Origin: a virus
Lineage: Duplodnaviria; Caudoviricetes
Virus record (IMG/VR): IMGVR_UViG_3300030397_000318
Location: 1-59,544 of that record
Reading direction: 5' to 3' (one strand)
Length of the DNA: 59,544 bases
The position numbers were made by a program, and so were the translations under genes. The notes under the pieces are model-generated. The model was not told where the DNA came from, did not search any database, and worked only from the letters and a program-made list of their open reading frames with translations. Shown piece after piece: positions 16,780 through 25,859 of this stretch (positions are counted from its first letter, which is position 1; each line of letters begins with the position of its first letter).

Positions 16780-17303
16780 TTACTCCGCACAGGTCTCCGC
16801 ATATCATCCGAAGATACCACTAAAGTCCCAGCCGGGACAGTGGTTCCTTCATCTAGCTCCACTCCTTGAACGATGATTGCACCCGCTCCGATCTGGCATC
16901 CCATGCCCAGCTTCACGCCTCCGCACAAAATACTTCCTGGGGACAGAATACAGTGATCACCGATGTAACAATCGTGATCAACCTGCGCGCCGGTATTGAC
17001 GATGACGTTATCGCCGATGTGGGCACCTGCATTCACGATAGAACCGGGCATGAGAACCACGCCGTGTCCAATGTGGCCGTAGTCGCGTGACAAGTCACAC
17101 TTATGAACCACGGAAACAAATCTGTGTTTCTCAAATTCACCATACAGGCGTATCCGCGCCGAAAGCTCGCCAACCCCTATGATCACGTCACCCTTCAAGG
17201 GAAGCTGATCACTCGGGCCGTACATCTGGCTGTTGATGCACATGCTGTGGATTTGGCGGGCATGGCCGCCGTTGCCTATGATGTGGAGCCGTCTTTGCGC
17301 CAT
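16776..17303 (-). CDS. NeuD/PglD-like sugar N/O-acetyltransferase
   Basis: IIGNGGHAR N-terminus; hexapeptide repeats NTGAQVDHDCYIG. Confidence 0.9.
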   Translation of the reverse strand: MAQRRLHIIGNGGHARQIHSMCINSQMYGPSDQLPLKGDVIIGVGELSARIRLYGEFEKHRFVSVVHKCDLSRDYGHIGHGVVLMPGSIVNAGAHIGDNVIVNTGAQVDHDCYIGDHCILSPGSILCGGVKLGMGCQIGAGAIIVQGVELDEGTTVPAGTLVVSSDDMRRPVRSK

Positions 17304-18085
17304 TTGTCGCGCTCCAGCTTCGCTGCATAGGCTTCTTGCTCACAGGTCTGGATATCCTTGTCTCCGCGCCCCATGGCTCTCTCTGCGACCCTGACGCAAT
17401 CCACCATCCACTTGAAGTCTGTGGGGTTGAGACTAACACAGGCATCCGGCCCCTGCTGACCACCCACCCCGATGTGCTTCTCGATGAATTCCGCTCCGCG
17501 CATTTTGGCAAGCGCCGGTACCAGGGTGGACTGGGTGTGATCTGAGTACCCAATCCTAAAACTACTTCCCCAGAGTGTCCTGTACCGGTCGAGCGCTTTG
17601 AGGTTGGCGTCATGGACTGCACACGGATATGCGCTGACACAGTGCATCAGCACCGTGGGGTCGTACTTGGCCATGAATTGGTGGATATCGTTCTCGTATG
17701 CCATGCCAGTCGACACGATCACGCGGAATTCTGTCTGGAACACACGATCCAGAAGTGGTTCGTTGTCCAGATGTCCACTCGCCACCTTCAGATAGTCCGG
17801 TTCCAGATCTTCCATGGCTTCGACCCAGTACGGCGAGAATGGCGTGACAACGAAATCAACCTTGTTGTCGTCACATCTGCGCTTTAACCGGGCGTATGCT
17901 GGAAGAGGAAGAGTCATCCCCTTCAGCATGTCTCGGCGCGATCCAGGCGGATCAAGCTCCGATGGCGTGAAGGCCTGGAACTTCACCGCGTCGGCACCGG
18001 CTTCCGACGCGCGCTCGATAAGTTCATGAGCCACGTACTCGTTTCCGAGGTGATTTACTCCGACTTCGGCGATTATGTAGGTCAT
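17276..18085 (-). CDS. neuB: nonulosonic acid synthase (NeuB/LegI family)
   Basis: IIAEVGVNH, GADAVKFQ, STGM, HCVSAYP, GYSDHT, IEKH. Confidence 0.95.
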   Translation of the reverse strand: MTYIIAEVGVNHLGNEYVAHELIERASEAGADAVKFQAFTPSELDPPGSRRDMLKGMTLPLPAYARLKRRCDDNKVDFVVTPFSPYWVEAMEDLEPDYLKVASGHLDNEPLLDRVFQTEFRVIVSTGMAYENDIHQFMAKYDPTVLMHCVSAYPCAVHDANLKALDRYRTLWGSSFRIGYSDHTQSTLVPALAKMRGAEFIEKHIGVGGQQGPDACVSLNPTDFKWMVDCVRVAERAMGRGDKDIQTCEQEAYAAKLERDKWRKDGSTS

Positions 18086-18249
18086 GGGCTGGCTCCTGTT
18101 GGCACACAGTTGAATGCTTGCTTGTAAGCATAGAAAGCCGCGATAACCGGTTTGGCTCGTTCACATGCAGCCATGCTCGCAAAGGGGATCTTCCCGGCAC
18201 CATCAATGGGCGTGATCAACCACGCCATCACGACAAATCCGTATAGCAT
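18082..18249 (-). CDS. small secreted/membrane protein (55 aa)
   Basis: Not in the track; MLYGFVVMAWL...ACERAK...C; coupled overlaps. Confidence 0.55.
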   Translation of the reverse strand: MLYGFVVMAWLITPIDGAGKIPFASMAACERAKPVIAAFYAYKQAFNCVPTGASP

Positions 18250-18398
18250 CACCAATCCCTTCCCAGATACCCGATGGTGCCCCCGCCGATGAAAGACAGC
18301 GGAACCGTTATGTACCAGAATTCAGCTTCGTTAATGGGGTACCCCAACGCACCGATAAGAAACCCGAACAGTCCAGCGAGTGCGTAAGTTTTGATCAT
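18249..18398 (-). CDS. small membrane protein (49 aa)
   Basis: Not in the track; two hydrophobic segments; coupled overlaps. Confidence 0.55.
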   Translation of the reverse strand: MIKTYALAGLFGFLIGALGYPINEAEFWYITVPLSFIGGGTIGYLGRDW

Positions 18399-19357
18399 GG
18401 CTTAATCCTTATGTTCGTCAGATCTACTTCCGACAAGTGTTTGGATATCCTGTTCGATGCACCCACCGGTCCATAGGGGTTTTCCCAGTATTTTCCCTCT
18501 GTGGGAAACGACAGCGCGAACTTGATGGCGTTGACGATATCGGGTGTCTTCATGGGTGCGTGGAACACACTCGGGCCGCGCTCTCGTAGCTCTTGGCGGG
18601 TACCGACATCTACGGCTGGGGTGAGGAGGGATGGACCCTCGATGATAGACGATGACGAGTTCCCGATAAGGAGACAAGCATCTCGCGCGAGGCGTAGGTA
18701 TGCCCACATACCGCCCTCTGGAGGAGCAAGAGCCTTCCCCCAAGCATAAATGGCAGAAGAGATGCCTTCCCAGCCGGGGTCTCTGTTAACACCAGTCCAA
18801 TACACGGAGTAGTCCGGGAATTGATCGAGCGCTTTGAGCAATGGGGCCACGTCAGAGTTCCCCAGGGTTTCCGGGTGGAAGGTAAGCACAAAATACTTTG
18901 AGGTATTGCGTACCGAATCCGACATAACCTTGTCGACGTTATCGAGTCCCGGCGCTCCCATATCGAGGATGTTCTCGGGAATCTCGCCCAAGGCAGCAAC
19001 CCGATCTCCCGCTTGACGTGTTGCCACGTAATGGATGTGGGAAAGCTTGGTAACTGCGTGCCGTATTTGGTTGTCATAAGAACCACGGGTGGTTTCTCCT
19101 CCGTGGATGTGCGCGATGGGTACCCCGGCATGGGTAGCGGCGGTGCAGGCCGGAAGTAGTTCCAGCCTGTCGCCCAAGACCAACATGACATCGAACCCAC
19201 CCACCTTCTCACGAACCTTGGTGTAAATTCGTCCGACACCAAGCGTGGTGCAATCAATCTGTTGCACCAGACATCCCCTGGCACGAAGCGACTCAATAAC
19301 TGGAGAGAGAGGCGAGGCATCTGCGCGATCCGTCGTGATGGCGAGGATGTTCTTCAT
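18395..19357 (-). CDS. neuC: hydrolysing NDP-HexNAc 2-epimerase (NeuC/LegG family)
   Basis: TDRAD, LGDRLE, AHIHGGE, IRHAVTKLSH, GAPGLD, TFHPET, IGNSSS. Confidence 0.95.
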   Translation of the reverse strand: MKNILAITTDRADASPLSPVIESLRARGCLVQQIDCTTLGVGRIYTKVREKVGGFDVMLVLGDRLELLPACTAATHAGVPIAHIHGGETTRGSYDNQIRHAVTKLSHIHYVATRQAGDRVAALGEIPENILDMGAPGLDNVDKVMSDSVRNTSKYFVLTFHPETLGNSDVAPLLKALDQFPDYSVYWTGVNRDPGWEGISSAIYAWGKALAPPEGGMWAYLRLARDACLLIGNSSSSIIEGPSLLTPAVDVGTRQELRERGPSVFHAPMKTPDIVNAIKFALSFPTEGKYWENPYGPVGASNRISKHLSEVDLTNIRIKP

Positions 19358-20201
19358 TGGTCAAAATCCTTTTCAGGGACTCGATGACCTTGGTTTGCTC
19401 TTCGTCGGTGAGGCCGGTACCGCAGGGGATGGATATTCCGCATGGCTCGATACGGGACTCGATGCCATCCACCTTCAAGAGATCTTGAACCTCCTTCACC
19501 GGCACCCTGTTAAACCGCACAGTCGACATCCATCGGCTTGGTCCGCGCCCCACCATGGGGAAATGATCGGCATACCGATCCCATATCTCCACCTTGCGGG
19601 CACGGAATTCTTTCAGTTGATCCATCTGGGCACATCCCATGGCGGCGTTCACATTCGCCATGCGGAAGTTATAGCCCTCGGGCATACCGTAGCCTTGCAC
19701 GATACGCGCCCGAAGTTGCTCTTCCAGTCCTGGGTCGTCACCAACAATGGCCCCACCTTGCCCGCACGTAACTATCTTGTTGGCGGCAAAGGAGTAGCAC
19801 TCCACGGTGTCTTTTGTTCTCTCGTTCCCAATTGCGGGCGCGCAATCAGCCACCGATGCCCAGCAGTGTGTTCCCTGATAACGGGCGTAATCGTGATCAG
19901 CCCCACCCTCGTTGTAGACTATATGCGCCTCCAACCGCTCCAATGAGTTTTTGGCGGCGGGAAAAGCATTTCTGCCGACCTGGACAGTTGCGCCAGCGGG
20001 TATCAACATCTCCATCGATACCCCCAACGCGACACTGCCCGTAACCACAGCAATCGCCCATTTCCGTTGTGCGGCGCGCGCCACCATCTCTTCGAACTTA
20101 GTGACAAACCCACCACCGGGGCCGACGTAGTTGGTATTCACCGTAGCCGCGAGGTTCGCCAGTTCCGGCGCGCCCAGATTCGGGGGTGCTAGTTGAATCA
20201 T
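19293..20201 (-). CDS. legC: LegC-like PLP aminotransferase (DegT/DnrJ family)
   Basis: YSFAANKIVTCGQGGAI PLP-lysine motif; GYNFRMANVNAAMGCAQ. Confidence 0.85.
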   Translation of the reverse strand: MIQLAPPNLGAPELANLAATVNTNYVGPGGGFVTKFEEMVARAAQRKWAIAVVTGSVALGVSMEMLIPAGATVQVGRNAFPAAKNSLERLEAHIVYNEGGADHDYARYQGTHCWASVADCAPAIGNERTKDTVECYSFAANKIVTCGQGGAIVGDDPGLEEQLRARIVQGYGMPEGYNFRMANVNAAMGCAQMDQLKEFRARKVEIWDRYADHFPMVGRGPSRWMSTVRFNRVPVKEVQDLLKVDGIESRIEPCGISIPCGTGLTDEEQTKVIESLKRILTNEEHPRHHDGSRRCLASLSSY

Positions 20202-21127
20202 ACCCGATCCCCCCACCATTCGAGAGTTTTCTTCAGTCCATCTGTTATAGGTGTCCTGGCTTTCCAGTCCGTCGCACCTCGGAACTTAGAAGCGTCGGCA
20301 CTGAGAAGATGCACTTCGGCATCTGTTGGGCGCAATTGGACCGGCGATTCCTCAATCATCGGCAAGAACCCGGCGTACTCCGCGATGATATCCAGCGCTT
20401 CGCTCACCGATATCGGACATCCGGTTCCGAAGTTGTATTCCTGCCCATCGAAAGGAAGCTCCAGGGCGCGCACAAATGCGTCCACAGTGTCTTCTACGAA
20501 AACCCAGTCCCGCATGGCCTGAAGGTTCCCAAGGCTCCACACGGTAGCTCCCAGCGCCGCTAAACGGCACATCTTGGCCAATACAGCCCTCGTGGACTGC
20601 CTGGGACCGTATGTGTTGAACGGACGAAGCGTGACTGCGCGCAGAGAGTACGAGTCCACGAAAGATTTGACCAAACTGTCCGCTGCGACCTTGGACGCCG
20701 CATAGGGTGATTGGGGGTTCTTCCGGTGTCGCTCGTCCTGGGGTGTGTACTCGGCAGTTCCAAATACCTCGGAACTACTTGTGTGGATGAGCTTAACGTT
20801 GTTCCTCACGCAAGCCTGGGCAACATTCAGCGTGCCGACCGTGTTGGTCTCCACATAGAGCCTGGGCTGATGAAAGCTATGCCACACATCGATCATGGCC
20901 GCGAGGTGGATGACGTACTCGAAATCCTTCATAATGTTGAAACACCACTCCACATCCCGGATGTCGCCCATGTGTTTCGGGTGGGGTTCTACTTCTTCCA
21001 GCCACCCCGGCAGTCCCTGGAAGTTGTAGAGCACGGTCGAGTGGGCATCGTGCCCGTCTTTCAGAAGTCGCTCAACTAGGTGACTTCCGATGAAGCCTTC
21101 GGCTCCGGTGACAAGTATTTTCGACAT
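20198..21127 (-). CDS. legB: LegB-like NAD-dependent NDP-GlcNAc 4,6-dehydratase
   Basis: GAEGFIGSHL, TSSSEVFG, PQSPYAASK, RPFNTYGPRQSTRAV. Confidence 0.88.
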   Translation of the reverse strand: MSKILVTGAEGFIGSHLVERLLKDGHDAHSTVLYNFQGLPGWLEEVEPHPKHMGDIRDVEWCFNIMKDFEYVIHLAAMIDVWHSFHQPRLYVETNTVGTLNVAQACVRNNVKLIHTSSSEVFGTAEYTPQDERHRKNPQSPYAASKVAADSLVKSFVDSYSLRAVTLRPFNTYGPRQSTRAVLAKMCRLAALGATVWSLGNLQAMRDWVFVEDTVDAFVRALELPFDGQEYNFGTGCPISVSEALDIIAEYAGFLPMIEESPVQLRPTDAEVHLLSADASKFRGATDWKARTPITDGLKKTLEWWGDRV

Positions 21128-21852
21128 GGGATTCCCGCCTTTCGTAAGTCGTCTCGTATGTGTTCGAGCGTCAGTTCTCCGTAGTGAAGTACTTTCGCCA
21201 TGGCAACGCCGGATGCCCCCGCCCGATGCGCCTCGATGATATGCGCTGTAGTCCCCACACCCCCGCAATACAAAACAGGAACAGGCAATAGATCGCACAG
21301 ACGCTCCAGAAGACCGCGATTGATTCCGCGACCTGTGCCCTCATGCGGTATCGACGTAAAGAATACTTCGCCCGCTCCTCTCTCAACTGCCTCTTGCGCC
21401 CATTCCAGCGCGTTGAGGTTGGTACGTTGTCGGCCTGCATCACAAAAAACCTCCTCTTCTCTGGTATCGAGTTGAAGGACAACCGATTGCCCTCCGAGTT
21501 TTGCCGCCAGTTCGTTAATTAGTTCGGGACGTTCGACTGCGCCCGTATTGATAACGATTTTATCCGCTCCTTCGTTAAGAAGCTCGCGAGCGCCAACGGT
21601 AGAGCGCACACCCCCACCACAAGCAACAGGAACGAAGACATCAGAAACGCTGCGAAGGAGGCCACTAAGATGATTGCGCCGATAGAGGCTAGCCACACTA
21701 TCGAGAAAAACGATTTCATCGATTCCGGCATCTTCATATTTCCTCGCATAGTCTTCAGGGTTTCCGACCTTCCGCACCCCGTCCATCTGTCTCGTCTTGA
21801 TCAGATGCGGATGTTTTATGTCGAGTCTTGCCACCAGACGAAACGCTAGCAC
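21076..21852 (-). CDS. hisF: HisF-like cyclase subunit (WbuZ-type, glycan amidation)
   Basis: RLVARLDIK, GIDEIVFLD..ASLY, GGGVRS, GADKIVINT; GTG start with GGAGG. Confidence 0.9.
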   Translation of the reverse strand: MLAFRLVARLDIKHPHLIKTRQMDGVRKVGNPEDYARKYEDAGIDEIVFLDSVASLYRRNHLSGLLRSVSDVFVPVACGGGVRSTVGARELLNEGADKIVINTGAVERPELINELAAKLGGQSVVLQLDTREEEVFCDAGRQRTNLNALEWAQEAVERGAGEVFFTSIPHEGTGRGINRGLLERLCDLLPVPVLYCGGVGTTAHIIEAHRAGASGVAMAKVLHYGELTLEHIRDDLRKAGIPCRKYLSPEPKASSEVT

Positions 21853-23050
21853 GTAACCTCCATATCCCCTGATCTCCACATTCCCAAAGATGTTCGGGCC
21901 GGTACCGATCTACCACCGTCATGAGGTGATCGAAGTCACACCCCAGGTACGCCAGAACTTCTTCCATATACCTGATTGGAAGCTCACCATCGTAACGGTC
22001 TACCAGGGCAACCGCCTCTTCCCTCGTGATGTCTCCGTTCCGAACTTGCTGGGCCGCATCGCTCGTGCACCGCCCGATACCAAATTTCACATAGGCAAAA
22101 AAATAATGGAGTCCGTCGAGTCTATCGTCCAAGCTCGCGAACTTCGTATACGTGCCCTCTGAACGTTCGTCATGGGTTTGGAAGTCGAGTCTGTCCTGCG
22201 CTTCATAGAAGTTCTCCATGGGATGCCAGCGCTTGTAATGCCCCAGCCAGTGGAACTCGATACCGTACTCCTTGATCTGCGTCATGGGCGGAAGGGTGTA
22301 GTCCTGCATGAAGGATTTCTTCTCATAGTCGGAGAAGCATCCGAGAGTCACACCTAGATTAAAGAGCGTGTGAACCGAACCGCCCTTGTAGTAGATCTTA
22401 TCCCACTCCTCGAAATCCCAGCAGGGTTTCTCGTCCGCTGCGGTATCGCCGCCATATTCCGCTTCACCGTTCTCGCCGAACATCACCAGGGGAATCCCGC
22501 GTCGACGTGCTTCCCTCATGGGTGCGCAAAGCTGTCCGAAGATGAACGGCAGGAACGGGTCTCCATAGAACTCCATCCCGAGACGAGCGAGCTTCCGGTG
22601 GATCGTCCCGCGCGGGCGAATAGTCACGGAGTCGAACTCGGCACAGAAATTCTGCCAGTTCTCGCGTCCGACATCGGTAGGCATGAAGGGTGCCCATCGC
22701 ACCGCGAGGGGCGTCATCCCGTATTTGGAAAGCTCCAGCGCCACATGCGACGAGTCCTTTCCACCCGACGCCGGTACGATCACGTCATGCTTCAGTCCAT
22801 TCGACCGGTGCTTGGCAAGTAGTTTCTGGAGCTTCGACTCCCGCTTGTACCAGTCAATCTCGTTGGCCTTCTTGTCTTGATACAGACAGGCCGAACACAC
22901 ACCCGCTTTGTTGAAGGTGATGCGCGGGCGCTGGTTTGATACTACACAGCGTGTGCAGAATTTCACACTTTTGGGGAGTTTCTGCTCATCGAGTGACCTA
23001 CCGGCGGCGCGTACCTTGGCCTCAGTCACGGAGTCCCAAAGAGGTTTCAT
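21755..23050 (-). CDS. N-acetyl sugar amidotransferase (WbuX/PseA/PtmG family)
   Basis: CTRC...RPRITF...GVCSAC, PP-loop SGGKDS, GENGEAEYGG, KFGIGR. Confidence 0.92.
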   Translation of the reverse strand: MKPLWDSVTEAKVRAAGRSLDEQKLPKSVKFCTRCVVSNQRPRITFNKAGVCSACLYQDKKANEIDWYKRESKLQKLLAKHRSNGLKHDVIVPASGGKDSSHVALELSKYGMTPLAVRWAPFMPTDVGRENWQNFCAEFDSVTIRPRGTIHRKLARLGMEFYGDPFLPFIFGQLCAPMREARRRGIPLVMFGENGEAEYGGDTAADEKPCWDFEEWDKIYYKGGSVHTLFNLGVTLGCFSDYEKKSFMQDYTLPPMTQIKEYGIEFHWLGHYKRWHPMENFYEAQDRLDFQTHDERSEGTYTKFASLDDRLDGLHYFFAYVKFGIGRCTSDAAQQVRNGDITREEAVALVDRYDGELPIRYMEEVLAYLGCDFDHLMTVVDRYRPEHLWECGDQGIWRLRASVSSGGKTRHKTSASDQDETDGRGAEGRKP

Positions 23051-23170
23051 GAATGTCTCCCGCCAATATGCCAGCTACGGCAGATGTCACACCGGTATAC
23101 CGAGACGCGGGTGCGGGACTTCTTCGTCGCCTTCTTCGCCATCTTGTTGGCGAGATCCCAGTTGAGGAAC

Positions 23171-23609
23171 TTAGTCTTTCCCGCGCAACTTGCGTCTGCG
23201 GCGTGCTTGAGTGATGGCTCTGCATTTTCTGCAATTCCTTGTGCCTCTCCACTCATATAGATTATCTCCCGATAGCTCATGCCCATGAATGCAGTGAGTC
23301 TGATACATTTTGTGCCCCTGCATTCTACCCCTTGCGTGGGTACGGGCTAGATTCTCAGCAGAAGTAACCGCTTCCAAATGAGATGGCCTCACGCATGGCG
23401 GAGTGGAACACAAGTGATCAATCACCAAGCCCTCCGGTATCGGACCATGCTCCAGTTCATAAGAATAACGATGTGCCGCCATCATTTTTTTTTCCAACTC
23501 GGAAACGGCCATATCCCATTTTCCCGTCGCGTCCCCCAGTCCAGAGCCAACACTTACTTGTCTTCTGAACTTTCTCTAGAAACCTTTCCTCTATCGTTTT
23601 TCGCGCCAT
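23171..23609 (-). pseudogene. HNH endonuclease frameshifted at an A9 run
   Basis: MARKTIEERFLEKV..CWLWTG..GYGRFRVGKK from 23609, then MMAAHRYSY..IDHLC..CVRPSHL in another frame; junction is A9 at 23485-23493. Confidence 0.8.
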
Positions 23610-24567
23610 GCGTTAAGCTCATGTAGTCCCAACAATTACCACACAGGACTCCCTCGTACTTGTCTTTTGCAAGGCGTTTCCTGTACTCCGTAATCACAAT
23701 ATGTTGCCACATCTCTGGGATGTCAAGATCATGAATCGTCCCGAGGTGCGTTTCGTTGTCGTAGTCGTTGCAGCAGACGGACCCTGACCCATCCCAACTT
23801 ATAGAGAGTTTGTGGAACACTTCCGGGCACGGAGTGGGGTGACGCTTGATCACGGTTTGCTTCATTTTGTGATCTTCCAACATCGCCTTTTCTTCATCCG
23901 ATATCCGGACAGCGCCCACATCGAAATAGTCGAATGTCGTGTGTCCAACCGTCACGCGATCAGCGACGTATTTGAACTTATCCCTGAAAAGCTGTACCTG
24001 ACGCTGACTTTCCGTGGTGATCGTGGTGCTGGCATGAATAAAGGGTTTGTCGCGACGGCCCCGTACCCGGTGCAGGATTCCCATAACATCGTACAAGCCA
24101 TCAAAGAAGTCTTGCCTTCGCATTGCTTCGTATGATTTCCGATCCACCCCCTGGAACGAAAACTTGATGCTATCCAAGCCGATATCGCAAAGTTCATGCG
24201 CCAGTCTGCGATTCATGTACGATCCATTGGTGTTCACATGAACTAATACCTCATGCGCCTTGGCGTCCTGCATGAACGGCAAGAACATCGGGTGCTGCAT
24301 CGGCTCGCCGTACCCAATGTACCGGAGTCCGATGCCATGCTCGGCGCACTGGCGAACTATTTTGTGGTGAGTGTCGGCCAACATAATCCCGGTGGCACGC
24401 TGCATGGCGTAGTTCCCGGTCGGGCACATCAGGCATCGGAAGTTGCACGCATTGGTGATTTCGATATCGATGTGGGAGGGGATGTCCGGAAGGTTGTCCA
24501 GTTGGCTCTGGTTGGTTCCGGTGTTGCACTCTTCGTAAAGCTCATCGAAGGGGTTTACTCGTCCCAC
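23554..24567 (-). CDS. radical SAM/SPASM protein
   Basis: EITNACNFRCLMC, GYGEP, NTNG, C-terminal CPEV...VCCND...CGNC. Confidence 0.92.
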   Translation of the reverse strand: MGRVNPFDELYEECNTGTNQSQLDNLPDIPSHIDIEITNACNFRCLMCPTGNYAMQRATGIMLADTHHKIVRQCAEHGIGLRYIGYGEPMQHPMFLPFMQDAKAHEVLVHVNTNGSYMNRRLAHELCDIGLDSIKFSFQGVDRKSYEAMRRQDFFDGLYDVMGILHRVRGRRDKPFIHASTTITTESQRQVQLFRDKFKYVADRVTVGHTTFDYFDVGAVRISDEEKAMLEDHKMKQTVIKRHPTPCPEVFHKLSISWDGSGSVCCNDYDNETHLGTIHDLDIPEMWQHIVITEYRKRLAKDKYEGVLCGNCWDYMSLTHGAKNDRGKVSRESSEDK

Positions 24568-25184
24568 TCCATTCTCCTTTGCACTTCCTGTTCCGCCGCC
24601 AGAAAATCCTCTGGTGTGTCGATATCGAGAGACCTGTCGGGAGACATATAGAACCTTCCGAGTCCCGGCGCATCAAAATTCCCGCCGTCTCTCAGCCAGT
24701 CCGTTCGTCCGACGTAGATTGCCCCGTTCGGGGGAAACTCATCATTGAAAAAGACCGCTTTACCCGATTCCATTTCTTCATCTGTTGCCGTAGCGGAAAC
24801 CACCGCCGCCACCTCGTAATGCTCCGCAAGCGTGATGGCGTAGTCCACATCTGTCGGGAGCCGGAACGGAGAAGTTGGTTGCAGTAGACATAGAAAATCA
24901 AAGGGTACATCGAACTGATCCAACGCATGAAGTAGTGCGGGGTACGAAGAGGCTTCGTCGGTAGCCATATCAGGGGGGCGGCGAATCACATGCGACCCCA
25001 TCCCCTTGGCTACCTCCAGTATCTCATCATCCTCGCTCGAAACCACAAAGGCATCCAACCGGCTGGCGATCTGGGCGCACGATATCGTCCAGCCGATCAG
25101 GGGTACGTCAGCGAGAGGCTTGATATTCTTCCTGGGAACTCGTTTGGACCCGCCGCGCGCCAGACATACCCCCAACGTCCTTAT
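24555..25184 (-). CDS. neuA: acylneuraminate cytidylyltransferase (NeuA/LegF family)
   Basis: ARGGSKRVPRKNIK, LLQPTSPFR, NGAIY, SLDIDTPEDF; start uncertain (ATA 25184 or TTG 25175). Confidence 0.92.
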   Translation of the reverse strand: MRTLGVCLARGGSKRVPRKNIKPLADVPLIGWTISCAQIASRLDAFVVSSEDDEILEVAKGMGSHVIRRPPDMATDEASSYPALLHALDQFDVPFDFLCLLQPTSPFRLPTDVDYAITLAEHYEVAAVVSATATDEEMESGKAVFFNDEFPPNGAIYVGRTDWLRDGGNFDAPGLGRFYMSPDRSLDIDTPEDFLAAEQEVQRRMEWDE

Positions 25185-25858
25185 TGCATAGCGCGGGCGT
25201 TCGCTACCGCCAGATCTTCCAGTCTCCCCACATCCAGCCAGTAATCCTGTAGAGGATACACCGACACTTCTGGAATCATCTTTTCGATCAGATCTGTCAT
25301 GTTCCACTTGGCTCTCCTCGGCGCGTACTCCAGCGCCAACGGGTCCAGAACATATATGCCAGCATTGACCGCCCAAGAGTGAACCGGTTTCTCCGCCAAC
25401 CCAATCAGTCTTCCCTCTTCGATATCGGCGACACCATAATGAATCTGCTGCTGATGATAAGCAACACACATGGTTGCCTGGGCATTGGAGCGGGCGTGAT
25501 GCTCCATGAGTTGGCCGTATTTGAGGTTATACGCCAGGACATCAGCGTTGGTGACGATGAAGGGATTCTCTAACTGTGGAAGTAGTTTCAGGGCACCGCC
25601 GGTACCGAGAGCTTTCTCCTCCTCGATGTATTTGATCCGGGCACCCTTCGACGAACCATCTCCGAAGTACTCCTTGATGAGTTCCTTCTTGTAGTTCACG
25701 CACAGAAAGAAGTGCCGGAACCCTTGGGATATGAACCCGTCTATGATGGTTTCCAGAACCGGGTGCTTCCCGACCGGGAGCATGGGCTTCGGGGTGGTAA
25801 GGGTGAGGGGATGGAGTCGCTCTCCGAGTCCACCACACATGATGACCACGGGGGTCAT
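25181..25858 (-). CDS. sugar-1-phosphate nucleotidyltransferase (PtmE-like)
   Basis: MCGGLGERLHPLT..PKPML, LGTGGAL, NAGIY, WLDVG. Confidence 0.92.
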   Translation of the reverse strand: MTPVVIMCGGLGERLHPLTLTTPKPMLPVGKHPVLETIIDGFISQGFRHFFLCVNYKKELIKEYFGDGSSKGARIKYIEEEKALGTGGALKLLPQLENPFIVTNADVLAYNLKYGQLMEHHARSNAQATMCVAYHQQQIHYGVADIEEGRLIGLAEKPVHSWAVNAGIYVLDPLALEYAPRRAKWNMTDLIEKMIPEVSVYPLQDYWLDVGRLEDLAVANARAMQ

Positions 25859-25859
25859 G

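Noticed and set aside
15432-25858. Host O-antigen/capsule locus flanking a prophage
   Set aside because: Genes are interleaved with phage HNH and small ORFs, coupled to phage genes on both sides, and lack wzx/wzy/export or housekeeping neighbours
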